Of a stretch of 64,000 nucleotides of DNA, positions 50,180-64,000 are shown one piece after another (position 1 is the stretch's first letter; each line of letters starts with the position of its first letter). The stretch is from Scyliorhinus canicula (lineage: Eukaryota), in the NCBI RefSeq assembly GCF_902713615.1, contig NC_052161.1, positions 31,447,908 through 31,511,907 of the forward strand, read 5' to 3'. The position numbers and the translations under genes were made by a program. Below the pieces are notes generated by a model, which saw nothing but the letters and a program-made list of their open reading frames with translations, was not told the origin of the DNA and searched no databases.

Positions 50180-51955
50180 CTTGACATACTCCCACTAATC
50201 TCCTTACCGCCACACTATCTGTCATTGTTATCTGTTCTCTCCACTCAGTTACAGTCCCTTTCCCTCTCTCAAATCTGCTGTCATCAACCTCTCCTCAAAA
50301 AACTCATCATTGATTTCTCCTCTTGACCCCCTTTCTGGCTTTACAAACTTACAAGACATCTCCAACCTCCATTTCCTCTCCAACATCCTTGATTATTTTT
50401 TTAAATCACCTCTCAAATTCACACCCATCTTTCCGTCAACCCTGTTTGAATCTTTCAAACCAGATTCTGAAATCACTTATTCAAAGTCACAAATGGCATC
50501 CTCAGTGTCTGTGACCACGATGCACAACAGCTCCTTCTCAACATACATACAGTTGTTAACATTGGAGATCGTCATCCTCCTGTGCTGCCCAGCTGCATGA
50601 TCAGCCTTTGCCTGATTCCATTGTCATACAGTAATATCCTGAACATTTCCTGCAAGATTCTCTTCTTAACACAAACCACTACCTCCGAGATCCCCAAAGA
50701 TTGAACCTTTGCCTTCCCCTATTTCTCATTGTTAATGATGGGCTGGGAGGAGTGCACAGCTTTTCTCATCCCTATAGTCCACAGGTCACACCATTAGTTT
50801 AAAAGTTTAATTCACTTACCAAAATGGCCAATTATTTACCTTCGCTACTGTTAGAATAAAGGTGCCTTATAAGTAGGCTTTTTTCAATAAATTCAAAATG
50901 ATTGATATATTATAAAACAAAACTTAACAAAAAAGTTGCAAAAACTGATAATACATAATTCTGATGTGGAAGTATCACTATCGATCCCTTTCAAAATTCC
51001 TCAAAATTTAACATTCTATTGAACGTGCGCATGCAATCAACGCATATACATTTTCCCTCATCAATTAATGTAATTGCAGTTTAAGTAAGCAAACAACTCT
51101 CCCTCCTCAAGGGTCCTCCAGGTCGGTTAGTTAAAGTAATGTGATTTCGGGCAGCACGGTGGCCTAGTGGTTAGCACAGCTGCCTCACGGCGCTGAGGTC
51201 CCAGGTTCGATCCCGGCTCTGGGTCACTGTCCGTGTGGAGTTTGCACATTCTCCCCGTGTCTGCGTGGGTTTCACCCCCACAACCCAAAAAAATGTGCAG
51301 GATAGGTAGATTGGCCACACTAAATTGCCCCTTAATTGGAAAAAATAATTGGGTAATCTAAATTTATAAAAAAAAAAGTAATGTGATTTCTTAGAAAAGG
51401 CATGCTCGTTGACAGTGCAATGTGAACGTATTACCTTTTTAAAAATACACCCAGGTCAGCTTCAAAGTGTTCAAATAATGAAATGGCCTTCCAAATTTTA
51501 AAAGAAAATATAGTCCTTGAAGAAATGGTTCTAACATCATCTATATACTGCCCCTTGGTAACAACTGAAGACATGTTGTCAGGTTCGGTACGTCTAATGG
51601 CAATACCATCTTGCTTGACCCCCTCAGCCATGGTTCAGTTGGTAGCCTCATCTCTGAGAAGATTGGGGTTTAAGTCCTACTCCAAGGCATTGCCCACCTG
51701 TACCTCAATCTACTGCTGCTGAAGCTCTCATCGTTTTCTTGTTCCTTCCAGGCTTATCTATTCAATGTTCTCCAGGTCAGTCGCCCATCTTCCAGTCTCC
51801 ATTAACTTAAGCTCGTCCAACTCAGCTGCTTGTATTCTAACCACCACCAACACTAGTTCACCTAGCACCCCTATGCTTGCTAACCAACACATTTAAATTC
51901 TTCATTCTCTATGTTCAAATTTCTCCAAAGCTTCGCTTCTCCTTATTTCTGTCAA
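50180..51955 (+). mobile_element. Old L2-type LINE fragments (about 50180-50730 and 51690-51955) with intervening insertions
   Basis: LLKK...LDP...ISNLHFLSNIL and later AAEALI...NSAACIL remnants; C/T-rich strand bias. Confidence 0.65.
51149..51374 (+). mobile_element. Short-tailed V-SINE, young
   Basis: Perfect 16-bp TSD aaagtaatgtgatttc (51133-48, 51375-90) and an A-tail. Confidence 0.95.
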
Positions 51956-51961
51956 CTTTTC

Positions 51962-54010
51962 TTATTATTCTTTTATGGGATGTGGGCGTCATTGGCTAGG
52001 CCAGCATTCATTGCCATCCCGAGCAGACCTTCAGTAGCAAGCTGCCTTCTTGACCTGGTGTAGCCTCTGAGGTGTAGGTACACCCACAGTGCAGTTAGGG
52101 AGGGAATTCCAGGATTTTGATCCAGCGTCAGTGAAGGAATGGTGATATAATTCCAAGTCAGGATGGTGAGAGACTTGGGAGGGGAACTCCCAGTTGGTGT
52201 TCCCAGGTATTTGCTCTGGAAGGTGCTGGGTTAAGGAGCTTTTCTGAGTTCCTGCAGTACAGTGCACACACTGCTGCCACTGTTGATTGTGCAGGGGTAA
52301 ATGTTTGTGGAAGGGGTACCAGTCAAGTGGACTGCTTTGTCCTAGATGGTGTCGAGCTTCTTGAGCGCTGTTGGAGCTGCACTCATCGAAGCAAGCAGAG
52401 AGTATTTCCTCACGCTTCTGACTTATGCCTTGTTGATGCTGGACACTCTTTAGAGAGTCAGGAGGTGAGTTACTCGCTGCAGGATTCCTAGCCTCTGACC
52501 TGCTCTTGTAGCCACAGTATTCATAGTAGCCCCCAGGACATTGATAGTCGGGGATTCAGCGATGGTATTGCCGTTTAATGTCAAGGGGAAAATGGTTAGA
52601 TTCTCTCTGTAGGAGATGGTCATTGTTTGGCACTTGGATGGTACAAACGTTACTTGACAGCCCAAGCCTGGATATTGTCCAGGTCTTGCTGCATTTGGTC
52701 ATGGACTGCTTCAGAACCTGAGGAATCACGAATAGTGCTGATCATTGTGGAATCATCAGCGAACATCTCACTCATCAGCAAACATCCCCACTTCTACATC
52801 CCATTTCTGATGGAAGAAAGGTCATTGATGTAGCAGCTGAAGATGGTTGGGCCTAGTACACTATCCGGAGGAACTCCTGCAGTGATGTCCTGAGACTGAG
52901 ATGATTGACCTCCAACAACCGCAACCATCTTATTTTGTGCTAGGTATGACTCCAGTCAGTGGAGGGTTCTCCCCTTGATTCCCACTGACTCCAATTTTGC
53001 CAAGGCCCTTGATGCTACAATCGGTCAAATGGGGCCTTGATGTCAAGGGCAATGACTCTCACCTCACGTCTGGTATTTAGCTGTTTAAATAAAGGCTGTA
53101 ATGAGGCCATTAGCTGTCTGAACCCGAGTGAAGCCAAACTGAGCTTTAGCGAAAAGGTTATTGCTACGCAAGTGCCGTTTAATAGCAATTTTTGATGACC
53201 CCTTCCTTCACTTTACTGATGACTGAGACTATTCTGCTGGGGTGGTAATTGGCCGAATGGGATTTGTCCTGTTTCTTGTGTACAGGACATACCTGAACAA
53301 TTTTTCACATTGCACAGAAGATACCAGTGTACTGGAATAACTTGGCCAGGGAGTGTGGTAAGTTCTAGAGCACTAGTCTTCAGGACGATTGCCGGAATAT
53401 CTTTGGGGGCCCATAGCCTTTGTAGTATCCAGTGCCTTCAGTCATTTCTTGATATCACGGGGATAATCAAATTGGTTGAAGACTGACATCTGTGATGCTG
53501 GGAACCTCCGGTGGAGGTCAAGGTGGATCATCCACTCAGCACGTCTGGCTTGATTGTTGCGAATGCTTCAGCCTCAGCTTTTGTACTGACGTACTGGGCT
53601 CCTCCATCATTGAGGATGGGGTTATTTGTAGAGCCTCCTCCTCCAGTGTATTATTTAATTGTCCACTACCATTCTGAACTGGATGTGGCAAGACATCAGA
53701 GCTTAGATCTGATCCATTGGTTGTGGAATTGCTTAGCTCTGTCTATTACGTGTTGCTTATGCTATTTGGCACACAAGTAGTCACATGTTACAGCTTTACC
53801 ATGTTTTTAGGCATGACTGGTGTTGGTCTTGGCATGCCCTCCTGCAGTCTTTGTTGAACTAGGGTTGGTCCCTTGGATTGGTGGTAATGGTAGAGTGGGG
53901 GATATACCAGGTCATGGGGTTACAGATTGTGGTTAAGTACAATTCTACTGCTGCTGATGGCCCATGGATGCTGAACCTTGAGTTGCTGGATCTGTTTAAA
54001 GTCTATCCCA
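51962..54010 (-). mobile_element. Family 'B' LINE, about 2 kb decayed 3' part
   Basis: ORF 52450..52665 (QVTFVPSKCQTMTISY...AESPTINVLG...RAGQRLGILQRVTHLLT); tail reverse-complementary to 3230-3290. Confidence 0.88.
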
Positions 54011-55136
54011 TTTCACACACAACTACTTCAATCCTACAACGTAGGAAGAGCGAGGCCCCGCGAGAGGGATCACCATTCAATTAGATTTGTACCTAAAATC
54101 CATTTGCCTGCCAGTTTCTATGTACTTTGACATCCTTACACAACAAAAATCAATTGATGAAAGTGCAAAAATTTCAATGGCCCAGCATCTACAGCCTACT
54201 GGATGCAAGTTCCAGATTTTCACCGCTCTTGTAAGAAAATATGTTGCCTGATTTCACTTCCAAATTGTCAAGCTCTCATTTTATTATTGTCTCCTTCTTT
54301 TGGTTTCTATCAAGAGGAGATGATTTCACTGTATTGACCTGAACAAATTCCTTTATCATTCGAAACGCCTTGATTAAATCACTGTTCAACTTTCTAAACA
54401 CAAGAGAATAAACCCATGTTTTTTCAACTTGTCTTCATAATTTAAGTATAGTTTTCTCAACTCACTTAGCAAATGTTTCTCCCACAAACATAACTTACTC
54501 TGTATCCTAACAGTTTAATTTGAAAACTTGCATTTACATTTCTCTTTCCCTTTGTCTGAAAAGCTGAGGCTCCAGCAGAGATCTCTAGCAACCCCATTTG
54601 TCAGTGTGCAAATTAGAAAAATAATCTTTTTGGCCTGCTAGACATAGAAAACATTCAATGACCCCCATCCACAATGTCAACCGGATTAGTCCACAAATCC
54701 ATGTAGATTCTTTTTAATCAGCTGGCACTCAACCAAATTAAGAAGACACACTTTTTTTGAAATTAGATTCCAGTAACTTTTTCACAATTAATGTTGAATG
54801 GACAAGTCATCAGCAACCAATGTTCCTTTCCTTCCTTCTTACATAATGAAGTAGTATTTGCAATTGTTAATCCAAGAGTACAATTCCCAAATCTAGAAAG
54901 CTTTGGAAAATCATATTAGCAGATAAGTGCGCATAATATTCGGGCTAATACATTTAGTCTGTTTCCCCCGTTTATATAAAGCAACAGGCAAATTTGAAAG
55001 CAAATCACAATCATTTTGACCTCTATACAAATATACTGTGATCGCTCCAGAAAATAAATCTGTCCTTCGGTAACAGTAGTTGTCCGGATATCTTTTAAGC
55101 AGACCCAAGGATTCCCTCAACATCAAAGCATTATTA

Positions 55137-55343
<207 letters not shown>

Positions 55344-56214
55344 CTAAAAGGGGGAGAAGAAATCTTATCAGAGGACATCCAAGTAATTTAAAGCACATCA
55401 AATGATACAGAAACATTACATATATAGAAGTTCTAAGTGTGCCATTGTGTTAATTGTGTTGCAGTAATTACGATTTAGGCTTAACCCTAAAAGTCTGCAA
55501 AAGTCATTTAAGTTGCATTTACAATTAGCATTTTAAGACAAACATTTGGCAATTCCAAAATTAGGAAGCCTATGCATCCATTCTTTTCCACAGTTAACGT
55601 CAGTTTGCTGAGAAATATCTGTCTTAATGTTTTTAAAGAATCATAAAAAGGCTTTAAATCAATATCTTAAACCTTCTCAGTAAAGATGCAACATTCTGCA
55701 GCCAGCCTGACAAAAGTAAACTCATTCCCAAACAATGGCAGGTGAATTCTTAAGGAACAAGTATAACTCTTTTCAAGAGGGAGACAAATCATGCTGTAGA
55801 ACTATTCAGCTATGTCCCTCTTGTCCAAAGCAGGGAAAAGCTCTGCCCTCTACCCACCCACTATGGCTCCTCATGCCACCTATGCCAAACTATGGCAATT
55901 CCATGCCTTTTTACCCACTATACACTGTCTGGAACCAATGAACCGTATAATGTATAATGAGATGTGTTATAAAAAAGCTTTAAAAAGTAATTCATTTATA
56001 CCTCTCACTAATAAAAATGTCAATTATCCAGACATTTTAAAGTATCCATAACAAAAACTACAAACCCCACATATGTTGTGTAAACGAACTGAGGTCAGCG
56101 AGCCTGAGCTGTCAATTAAACAATGTTTTCTCTGGGGTACTGGGGTTTTAGTACATTAATAGTTGTCTGGGCTCTCAACCAAACCTCATTATGTAGAAGG
56201 GCAGAAGTGTGCAT

Positions 56215-57652
56215 GGGGGCACCTGGAATATCATGTACAGTTTTGATCTCCTTCCCTAAGGAAGGATCTACCTGCCATAGATGGGAATCAGCAGAAGTCC
56301 ACCAGACAAATTCCTGTGATGACAGAACTGCCCGAGGAGGAGAGATTGAGGAGACTAGGGTCGTATTCTCTAGAGTTTCGAAGTATGAGAGGTGATCTCA
56401 TTGAAACGTACAAAATTCTTAAAGGGCTCGATCAGGTAGATACAGAAAGGATGTTTCCTCTGGCTGGGGAGGAGGGGGGGGGGGGGGGGGGGGGTACTAG
56501 AACCTGAGGACACCGTCTCAGAATAAGGGATCCATTTAGCATTGAAATGAGGCGCAACTTCCTCACTCAAAGGGCAGCAAATCTTGGGAATTCTCTATCC
56601 CAGAGGGCTGTGGAAGCTCAGTCATTAATTAGATGCAAAACAGATTGATAATTTCTGGATACTGATGACATCAAGGCATTGAGGATAGTTAAAGAAAATT
56701 GAGTTGAGGCAGAAGATCAGCCTAAATCTAGTTGAATGGCGAAACAGGATCAAGGGGAGGGGTGGTCTACATCTGCTCCTATGTCCCAAAACAGGTTAAG
56801 TGAATGGTCAACAAGATTGCAGATGGAGGACAATGTGAGGAAGTGTGAAGCTATTCACTTTGGTCGTAAGAATTGAAAACCAGAATACTTTTAAAAAGTG
56901 AGAAGCATGTAAGTGTTGATGTTCAAAGAGACTTCGATGTGTTTGTACAAGGAATACAGAAGGTTACCGTGCAAGCACATCACGTAATTACAAAGACAAA
57001 TGGCGTGTTGGCCTTTATCGCAAGCGGATTGGAGGACAGGAATAAAGAAGACCTGTTACAATTGGATTTTGGGGAGACCACATGAGGAGTATTGTGAGAA
57101 ATTCTGGTCTCCACATTTAAAGAAAGATATGCTTGCAGTATAGTTAAGGTCCACGAACTGGTTCCTGGGATGAAAGGTGTTGTCCTAAAATAAATTTTGA
57201 TCCATATTCTCTGGAGTTAAGAAGAATGACAGGCGATCTCATTGATACATACAAGATTATGAAGAGGTTTGTTCGGGTGGACACAGAGATTTTTCCACTG
57301 GTCAGAGAATCTAAAACACGAGGGCACAGTCACAGGATAAGTGAACACAGATTTTTCCACTGGTCAGGGAATCTAAAACATGAGGCAGTCACAGGTTAAG
57401 GGAGCAATCGTTTCGGGAAAGAGAAATTACTGCAGTCAATGGGTTATAAATCTTTGGAATCCTCTGCCCCACAAGGTTGTGGACACTCCATCTTTGAATA
57501 TATTCAAGGCTGAGATAGACAGATTTTTCGTGTCTGAGGGAATCGAGCAGGCAGGAATGTAGAATTGAAACCCAAGATCATGATCACACTAAATGGCAGA
57601 GTAGGCTCAACATGCCATGTGGTCTACCCTTGCTCCCATTTCTTGTGTTCTT
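56215..57652 (+). mobile_element. Two tandem CR1-type 3' fragments
   Basis: ORFs 56316..56507, 56873..57085 and 57380..57562; tails near 56780 and 57645; about 60-bp internal tandem duplication at 57280-57400. Confidence 0.88.
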
Positions 57653-57684
57653 GGGCCTGACATGCTGAGTACTTCCAGTACTTT

Positions 57685-57917
57685 ATTTAAAAAAAAATAA
57701 ATTTAGAGTACCCAATTCTTTTTTTTCCAATTAATGGACAATTTAGCGTGCCAATTCCCCTACCCGGCACATCTTTTTTGGGTTGTGGGGTCTAGACCCA
57801 CGCAGACAAGGGGAGAACGTGCTAACTCCACACGAACCGTGACCCGGGGCCGGGATCGAACACTGGTCCTCGGCTCCATGAGGCAGCAGTGCTAACCACT
57901 GTGCCACCATGCTGCCC
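57685..57917 (-). mobile_element. Short-tailed V-SINE
   Basis: Flanking ccagtacttt / ccaatacttt. Confidence 0.9.
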
Positions 57918-57939
57918 CCTCCCAATACTTTCTATTTCT

Positions 57940-58070
57940 ATCTCCGAATGGACAGAGACAGAGTGCGTGTTTCAGGTCAATGACCCTTCAGAGGTACTGC
58001 TATACCTGATGCGATTTTCCAGGTTTTTCTACTTTAATTTCAGATTTTCAGTGCAGTATTTTGCTTTGTT
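57940..58070. mobile_element. Penelope-like terminal fragments in inverted arrangement
   Basis: Minus-strand tgaa-gggtc-att-gacct-gaaac (57969-57991) abutting a plus-strand tail ...cagattttcagtgcagtattttgcttt. Confidence 0.5.
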
Positions 58071-58104
58071 CACAATCCCTACACTAGTTGATCTAGTATA
58101 GGGG

Positions 58105-58343
58105 TGTTTGGGGTTGTAAGGGTTAACGTGGGACTTGGGAAACAGCACCACCCACATTATGATGCAGAGGGTCACATGATGGAGGACTATGCATAGCGAA
58201 AGTCAGAAAGCAGTCGGCATGATGATAGCACCTAGATCGGGCTATACCTTGGTGATATGTATATAGTTATGCATTAACAATAAACAGTTTATCCTTAACC
58301 ATGCAGACTCCCAGACCCATGAGATTCCAAACACCGTACAACA
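58105..58343 (+). mobile_element. Possible solo LTR
   Basis: TGTT...ACAACA ends, AATAAA, taagggttaa block as in the 35123-35470 LTR; no clear TSD. Confidence 0.4.
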
Positions 58344-59325
58344 GAGCTCTGTGTTTTGGAGTTACGAGTCAATTTCTGTAATTTTACAGAAGCCTGCAGA
58401 TGGCTATATGGTTGTAAATGCTAACAGTGGTTTTCAAGAACCCAGAGAAAGTTACTCATGATTTGACAGAAAGCTTCAGTCAGCAAAAATCAGGCCTTTA
58501 ACACATAAATAACTCTTGCAATATTTAAAATGACAAGTTTCTTACAAAGTCATTCCCAAGTAGTTGTTTTCCAGTTATTTGACAGTAGCCTTCAACTACT
58601 TTGAACATGTATCAGCATCTTATCATTAGATTATGACTGGCTTCCAGGATTGCTGACTAAAATACATTATAAATTAGAATGAATAGCGTGCAGAGAAAAC
58701 ATTGAGATGGAGGAAAAGAATATAGGCCAGAATGGCAATAAAACAAGAATAATTAGAGATGAGTAGAGATACAGTTACAGGAATGAAGGACATGTCTACA
58801 TTTTTTGAGATTTACAATACAATGGTAGATTAGCTCGAAATGTAAATAAGTATTTTCCACCAGGTTGCCTTCGGAAAACTTAAAATACCAATTGGTCATT
58901 ACTCAAGTTAGAAAAATTATACTCTACGGCGCTAAAATAATTAGTATTTTAAGACTACTCTATGTGGCTGACAATTTGCATGTATATTTTATGAATCATG
59001 CACCTGCAGCAGGTTTTGTGCATTTTTTTTACAAATTAACATTTTTTAATATACGGCACGGTTTCCTTTTAAGGTGTTCTTTTTATTAACACTGCTTTGA
59101 TGATTCAGTGCAAAGTAGCAAAAAAACTTCTGAATTTCAATTGTTTAATCAGATAATTTCAATCAATAGTTGAGAATGTTTTTTAGCAGCTTACATCTAT
59201 AAAGAGCTTACACTAAATTAGAGTAAATTAATGCTAAAATAAACTTTCAAATCTGCACTCACTACTGATTCGTACCACCTGTTGAAACATTTTCTTCCAC
59301 AAATCCATTAAATAGTAGTCACAAG

Positions 59326-59986
59326 GGGCGGGAGTCTCTGAAAATGGGGCCATGTCTCCACACCGGCACCAACGACTCCGTTGTCAAATAGCCCCAAAAT
59401 GAGGAATTCTCACCTTTCTAGGGGGCTGGGTTGCTGCCAGAGTCGTCCCGGTGCTCCAGCCGCGCAGAAGGGCCGGCGTGATCTCACGCATGCGCAGATC
59501 AGCCAGCGTATTTCCGCACATGCGCAGACCAGCCAGCGTATTTCCGCACATGCGCAGACCAGCCAGCGTATTTCCGCGCATGCGCGGGGGTTCTCTTCTC
59601 TGCACCGAGCAATATGGCGGAGCACTACAGGGCTGGCGCGGGGAAAGAAGGTCCCCACGGAAACAGCCCGCCCGCAGGATCGGTAAGCACCGATCCCGCG
59701 GGCCAGGTCACTGTGCACCTCCCCCCCCCCCCCCCCCCCCCCCCGGGGTCGGATACCCTGCACCTCCCCCCATGACCGCCCCCGCACACTTACCTGCCAG
59801 GTCCCGCCGTGCGTGAGGTGAGTAATTCATGCTGGCAGGACTGGCCAAAACTGGACGGCCACTCGGCCCATCGGATCCCGGCCGGGGGGGGGGGGCTGTC
59901 AATGGCCCCGACCGGCGTGGCAGGAATCCCGCCGGCCCCCGAAGCCGGAGATTGGGCAGACGGCGTAGGGTCAGAGAATCCCAGCC
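59326..59986. mobile_element. GC-rich Harbinger-type MITE (661 bp)
   Basis: TIR gggcgggagtctct / agagaatcccagcc; perfect TSD AAG (59323-25, 59987-89). Confidence 0.88.
59487..59585. repeat. 30-bp minisatellite, about 3.3 copies
   Basis: c(g/a)catgcgcaga(t/c)cagccagcgtatttccg. Confidence 0.95.
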
Positions 59987-62000
59987 AAGGTGACAGGTTT
60001 ACCACTTCCCAAGAAAAACTGTTGGAATTGCACACTGGCCATCCGGAATATTGAATATGACACTAGATTTATGGAAATCTCACAACAGCCTGAATGCATG
60101 GTTTTATCTTTGTAATTTATTTCTGTGAATTTGAATTGTAGCAAATTTTGTTCAGCAAAACATAAATAATTATCAACATTTATTGCTAGCTGGTTGATAA
60201 GGAACTCTTGCTCCAGTGGCACACCTGTATTTCAGACATCATGTTCAGAGTTCCTCATTTTGCTACTGTTGTCCAAGGGATAATCCTGCTCAATTTAAAA
60301 TGATCATTTAAATATACAACGTTTACAGCTCTTCTTAGTAACCAAGCTTGGTTATTGGCCCATGTTTTCCGAAAGTTACAAATGCTTTGGGGTACAGTGG
60401 GGTACAGTACAGAGCAGCTTAAGAAAATTAGAATGCTGTTCCTAGTTATTTGGGTATCTGTGGTTTGTCTGGCACGGTACTGGTTTTAGCTTGTTCCAAG
60501 CCACCATTTCTCCCAAGTGTTTCTTTGTCAGCATTTCAGGACAGTAAGAACAATAATCAAATCTCACACATTAATTTTTTAAGAGTCTCTTTCACTCTAC
60601 AGTTTAACCAGGAATATAATCCCCAGAATAGCCAACATTCACATTGGAATCTAACTTGATTTATTCAGTTATTATTAATAAGTGACCCTGGTCATTAGCA
60701 ATCAACTTCTTCAGAAAGTAACATAGAATAATATTTTAAAAATGAACACAAGGAACCCTGCCCAACAGGAATGTGGTAAAATAACCATAACAACTGTTTT
60801 CCATTATAATCTTAATAATATTGAAAACGAATGAATACAGTAGCCAGATCAAAGCCTACAAAGTGATCTGGGGACTTCCATTAATTGTCAGCACATGTGC
60901 TAAAACTATTCAATGAAAAGGCATTTGTAGCATAGATATCAACTTGCTTCTTAACATTTAATAAGAAAGTAGAGTAAAACTCAGACAAGCTGTCTTTTCC
61001 AATGTTATTTCTTTTAAATAGAAGTATGATCTCATCCAAGTGACCCTCGATTTACTTGCTAGCTTGGAAAATGCATTTCAGGACCAACATCTCAAACTTC
61101 ACACAGTACAAAACACAAGGTACTTTATTTCACCCCTTGAGATTGATCACACTGAACCTGTTATAGACAGGAGCGTGGCATCTACTCTTTGGACATTCAT
61201 CAAAGCACTGCAGAAAGCAACTCATATCAAGGAGGCAACTGACCTCTGAAATTGAAAATCAAGAAAAGTGATGAAACTTCATAGAAATAATAATTTACGA
61301 AGCATGAAAAATACTACTGGTGGTTATTGACCATTGATCCAACCACCTCATCCGTGCTCCAGTACACCAGGTCCTTCCCCATCTTGATTAGATGGAACAA
61401 ATACATTTCACACATTTGATCTATGCAACTCCTTGGAGTTACCTGGAAGTTAAATTAAATCATTGTGAGAAAAGATTCCGTTGAAAGGTGACTCTTTAAA
61501 AAACACCAAACGTAGTTTAAGTGGAAACATTTTTGGGTGTACATCAATGGAAAAGTTGCAGTGCAGCTGCACAATTAGATTTCTCGTGTGATTCTGAATG
61601 TACTAACCTGGGTAATGCAAGATTCCTACAGGAAACTCTCACAATATCCTGAATTTAAACTGCATGCAGTACAGCACAGCACAAGCTGCATCCATCATAT
61701 CTTTGTTTATTTTATGATGCTTTTACCATTAATAGAAAATGAACATTTCCACTTCTGCCATTTAACATGAACAATCAGACACTAGATGATGGAATTTGCT
61801 TGCATTTAAACATGTGCATGCAATACCCCAAATTATCTCCAGCAAAATTAGGGAGCTTAGGCAGCTTGACATGCTACCTAACCCCTAGCTAAGCTTCATT
61901 GCTTATATCCAAACCATCACCAAAATTACCCATTTCCAAGCCATCGAACCAACCTCTCCCCTGCAGTGATCATCATTCAAACTTTCCCCAAAGACACCCT

Positions 62001-62853
62001 GGGTGCGATCTGCTGGCCGTGCTGCTCCCCTGCCGGGCCGATAGATGCCAGGATATCCCTCTTCCAGGATCTAACCGACTCACCATGCCTTGCGGGATCT
62101 AGTGGAATCTCACGAGATATCATGATCTGAATCCCGCCCATTGTAGCCGGGATCAGTACTTGGTAAATCTGCACATAAGAGTGAGACAGCCTGTCTCACT
62201 CTAATATGCGACTGCCTGCTCTACCGTGACCCTGGGATCTAATCCCTTCACCTCAGAGACTTCAGGCAAGCGCCGTTCAGCATTGGTCCCCACAAACTGG
62301 GACCAGACAGACCAGCATTTAAAGGAGACGAGGTGTCTCCCAGGTGATTGCCCGTTGGTTAGGGTGGCACCCTGGCACTCCAGCCTGGCACTGCAACCTG
62401 GGTGCCAGCCTGGCACTGCCAAAATGTGCCCAGGTGGCACCACCAGGCTGGCAGTGACAAGTGCTGAACTGGCATTTTTCCCACACTAGGAGTCAGGCCC
62501 AGGGGTGCCCTGCCCATGTGAGGTTGCCCACTCCCACACCCCTCACTCCCACACCTCCGCCCCTTTATAGGTGAGGTGGGGCTTTGGGGGGGGATCTGGG
62601 GGTCGAAAGATAAGGACACCGTTAAAAATCATGCCCTGATCTCCTCCTGTACTGAGGAGTTCCGGTGAGCGGAGTTCCTCAGTGTAGAAAACGGAATTAA
62701 GTGCAGCCTCGGCTGGGCATTCCCCGCTGAGTCCCCGGATTGCAACAAAGTCCCATTAGATAGTGTGGTCTTTCTAGTCAATGCGAGTGCCAGGAAACAC
62801 CTGGCTAAATGCAATTACATGAGACTCAGTTGCAATTCGGTTAGATCGAGCCC
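62001..62853. mobile_element. Harbinger-type MITE (about 850 bp)
   Basis: TIR gggtgcgatct / agatcgagccc; internal ggcac repeats; TSD not clean. Confidence 0.7.
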
Positions 62854-63279
62854 ATATCTTTTTGATGGGAAGTTCAACCTGCTTAATGCTCTCTTTGCAA
62901 ATTACAATTAATTTAGAATAGTGCAGCCCATGCTCTCATTTAACAGTTCTTGGCAAGGTTCATGACGATCTCACTTGTCCCATCAATTAGATTTTCAGAC
63001 ATCTAACTAACCGTGCATTCAAATATCTCCAGACCTTGATAATTTCAATTTAACAGTGTTTTCCTTTACCCATATGTCCACATCTTAACCCACTGTTTCC
63101 AGTTCTGTCATCTGCTACACTCTCATGCCACTACATTGTACCTTCCACAAATCCCTTCTCATCCTTTAACCTGATAATTTTTTTCAGTGTTTCCAAAGTA
63201 TTCTATGAAACATCCCTCTTTGACTGTGCTTGTAAGGTGCTTGAGTTACTGCTTTCCTTTTTCCCTCCTGCTCGGTGTC

Positions 63280-63575
63280 CAGGGAATATATTTAAATAAT
63301 TGAGAGAAGGATTAAAGGGGGGTTGAGATGAAAATCTTTTCACCCAGAGAGTGGTGGGGATATGGAACTCATTGCCTGCAATAATGGTAGAGGCAGAAAC
63401 CCTCATCAGGTTTTTTAAAATACCTGTATATGCACTTGAAGTGTGGGACTACAGACCAACCTGCAGAGCTACAGACCAAGAACTGACAAGCGGGATTAGG
63501 CTGGATAACTCTTGTTTTTTTTTGTCCGGTACAAACCCAATGGGCCGAATGCCTCCTTCCGTGCCATCAATTTTC
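63280..63575 (+). mobile_element. CR1-type LINE 3' end
   Basis: ttttcacccagagagtggtggggatatggaactcattgcctg...atgggccgaatgcctccttccgtgc. Confidence 0.85.
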
Positions 63576-64000
63576 CAGAGCTCCAAGTCCAATATTTCTC
63601 TGACATATTAAGCATTCAGTCATACTCCAGGAAGTGAGGAGCTATACAATTTGATCACGAAGAACTTCTGATCTGGATCGGAATCCCATTTCCAGCCACA
63701 TCAGACAAAGTTACCTACTGAACTTACCATCTTTTGAACCCATTGACCAATGTAGGGTCCTTCCAAACTCATGCATTGCAAAAAGGTAAGTGAATGAGGG
63801 GGTTGGGAGGCAGATAGGGGAGGGGGTAGCATGGCCATTGGGGAGTGATCTGTGAGAATTAGGGGGTGGGCCAGAAGGTCAGATCAGGGAGCAGTGAGGT
63901 GGGTAGGTAGTTGTTGAATGGGAGTGGTTGCCGGCAGTCAGGACTTCAGGTGTAATCAGGCTGGGGTAGCATGGTTCAGGGGCAGGAGGTAGATGGGTCA

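Noticed and set aside
59487-59585. CRISPR-like repeat array
   Set aside because: Head-to-tail repeats without spacers in a vertebrate intron; no cas genes.
55346-64000. Preceding short ATE1 exon (FTRFLC.SPL-like) and the alternative exons upstream of it
   Set aside because: No matching sequence with splice sites found.
63600-64000. G-rich strand-biased region with a plus-strand AG|GTAAGT
   Set aside because: Antisense to ATE1, no upstream ORF or acceptor, cut by the window edge; probably an old TE interior, not assignable.

Overview
Vertebrate (elasmobranch, shark-type repeat complement) genomic DNA lying entirely inside the ATE1 (arginyl-tRNA--protein transferase 1) gene on the minus strand. 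Two coding exons are recognisable: 55162-55343 (182 nt, [35 protein letters not shown]...SLGVYSALR) and 44215-44314 (100 nt, [10 protein letters not shown]...[17 protein letters not shown]). Both have canonical AG/GT ends and join in frame across a 10.8-kb phase-2 intron. I could not find the neighbouring exons, so the downstream intron is >44 kb and the upstream one >8.6 kb. The rest is AT-rich intron densely filled with nested transposons: CR1-type, L2-type and Rex/Babar LINE fragments; V-domain (HE1-like) SINEs with three different tails; Deu-type SINEs; solo LTRs and an internally deleted Gypsy element; hAT MITEs; and a series of GC/CpG-rich PIF/Harbinger derivatives, including a 3.9-kb element that keeps only a decayed Myb/SANT gene. 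The most striking object is a 194-bp near-perfect palindrome (34203-34396) from a Penelope-like insertion with a 12-bp TSD, carrying an intact-looking minimal hammerhead ribozyme on each strand. Nearly all ORFs in the supplied track are TE remnants or chance. Repeat family names are from recognition by eye, not database searches. Boundaries of old elements are approximate.
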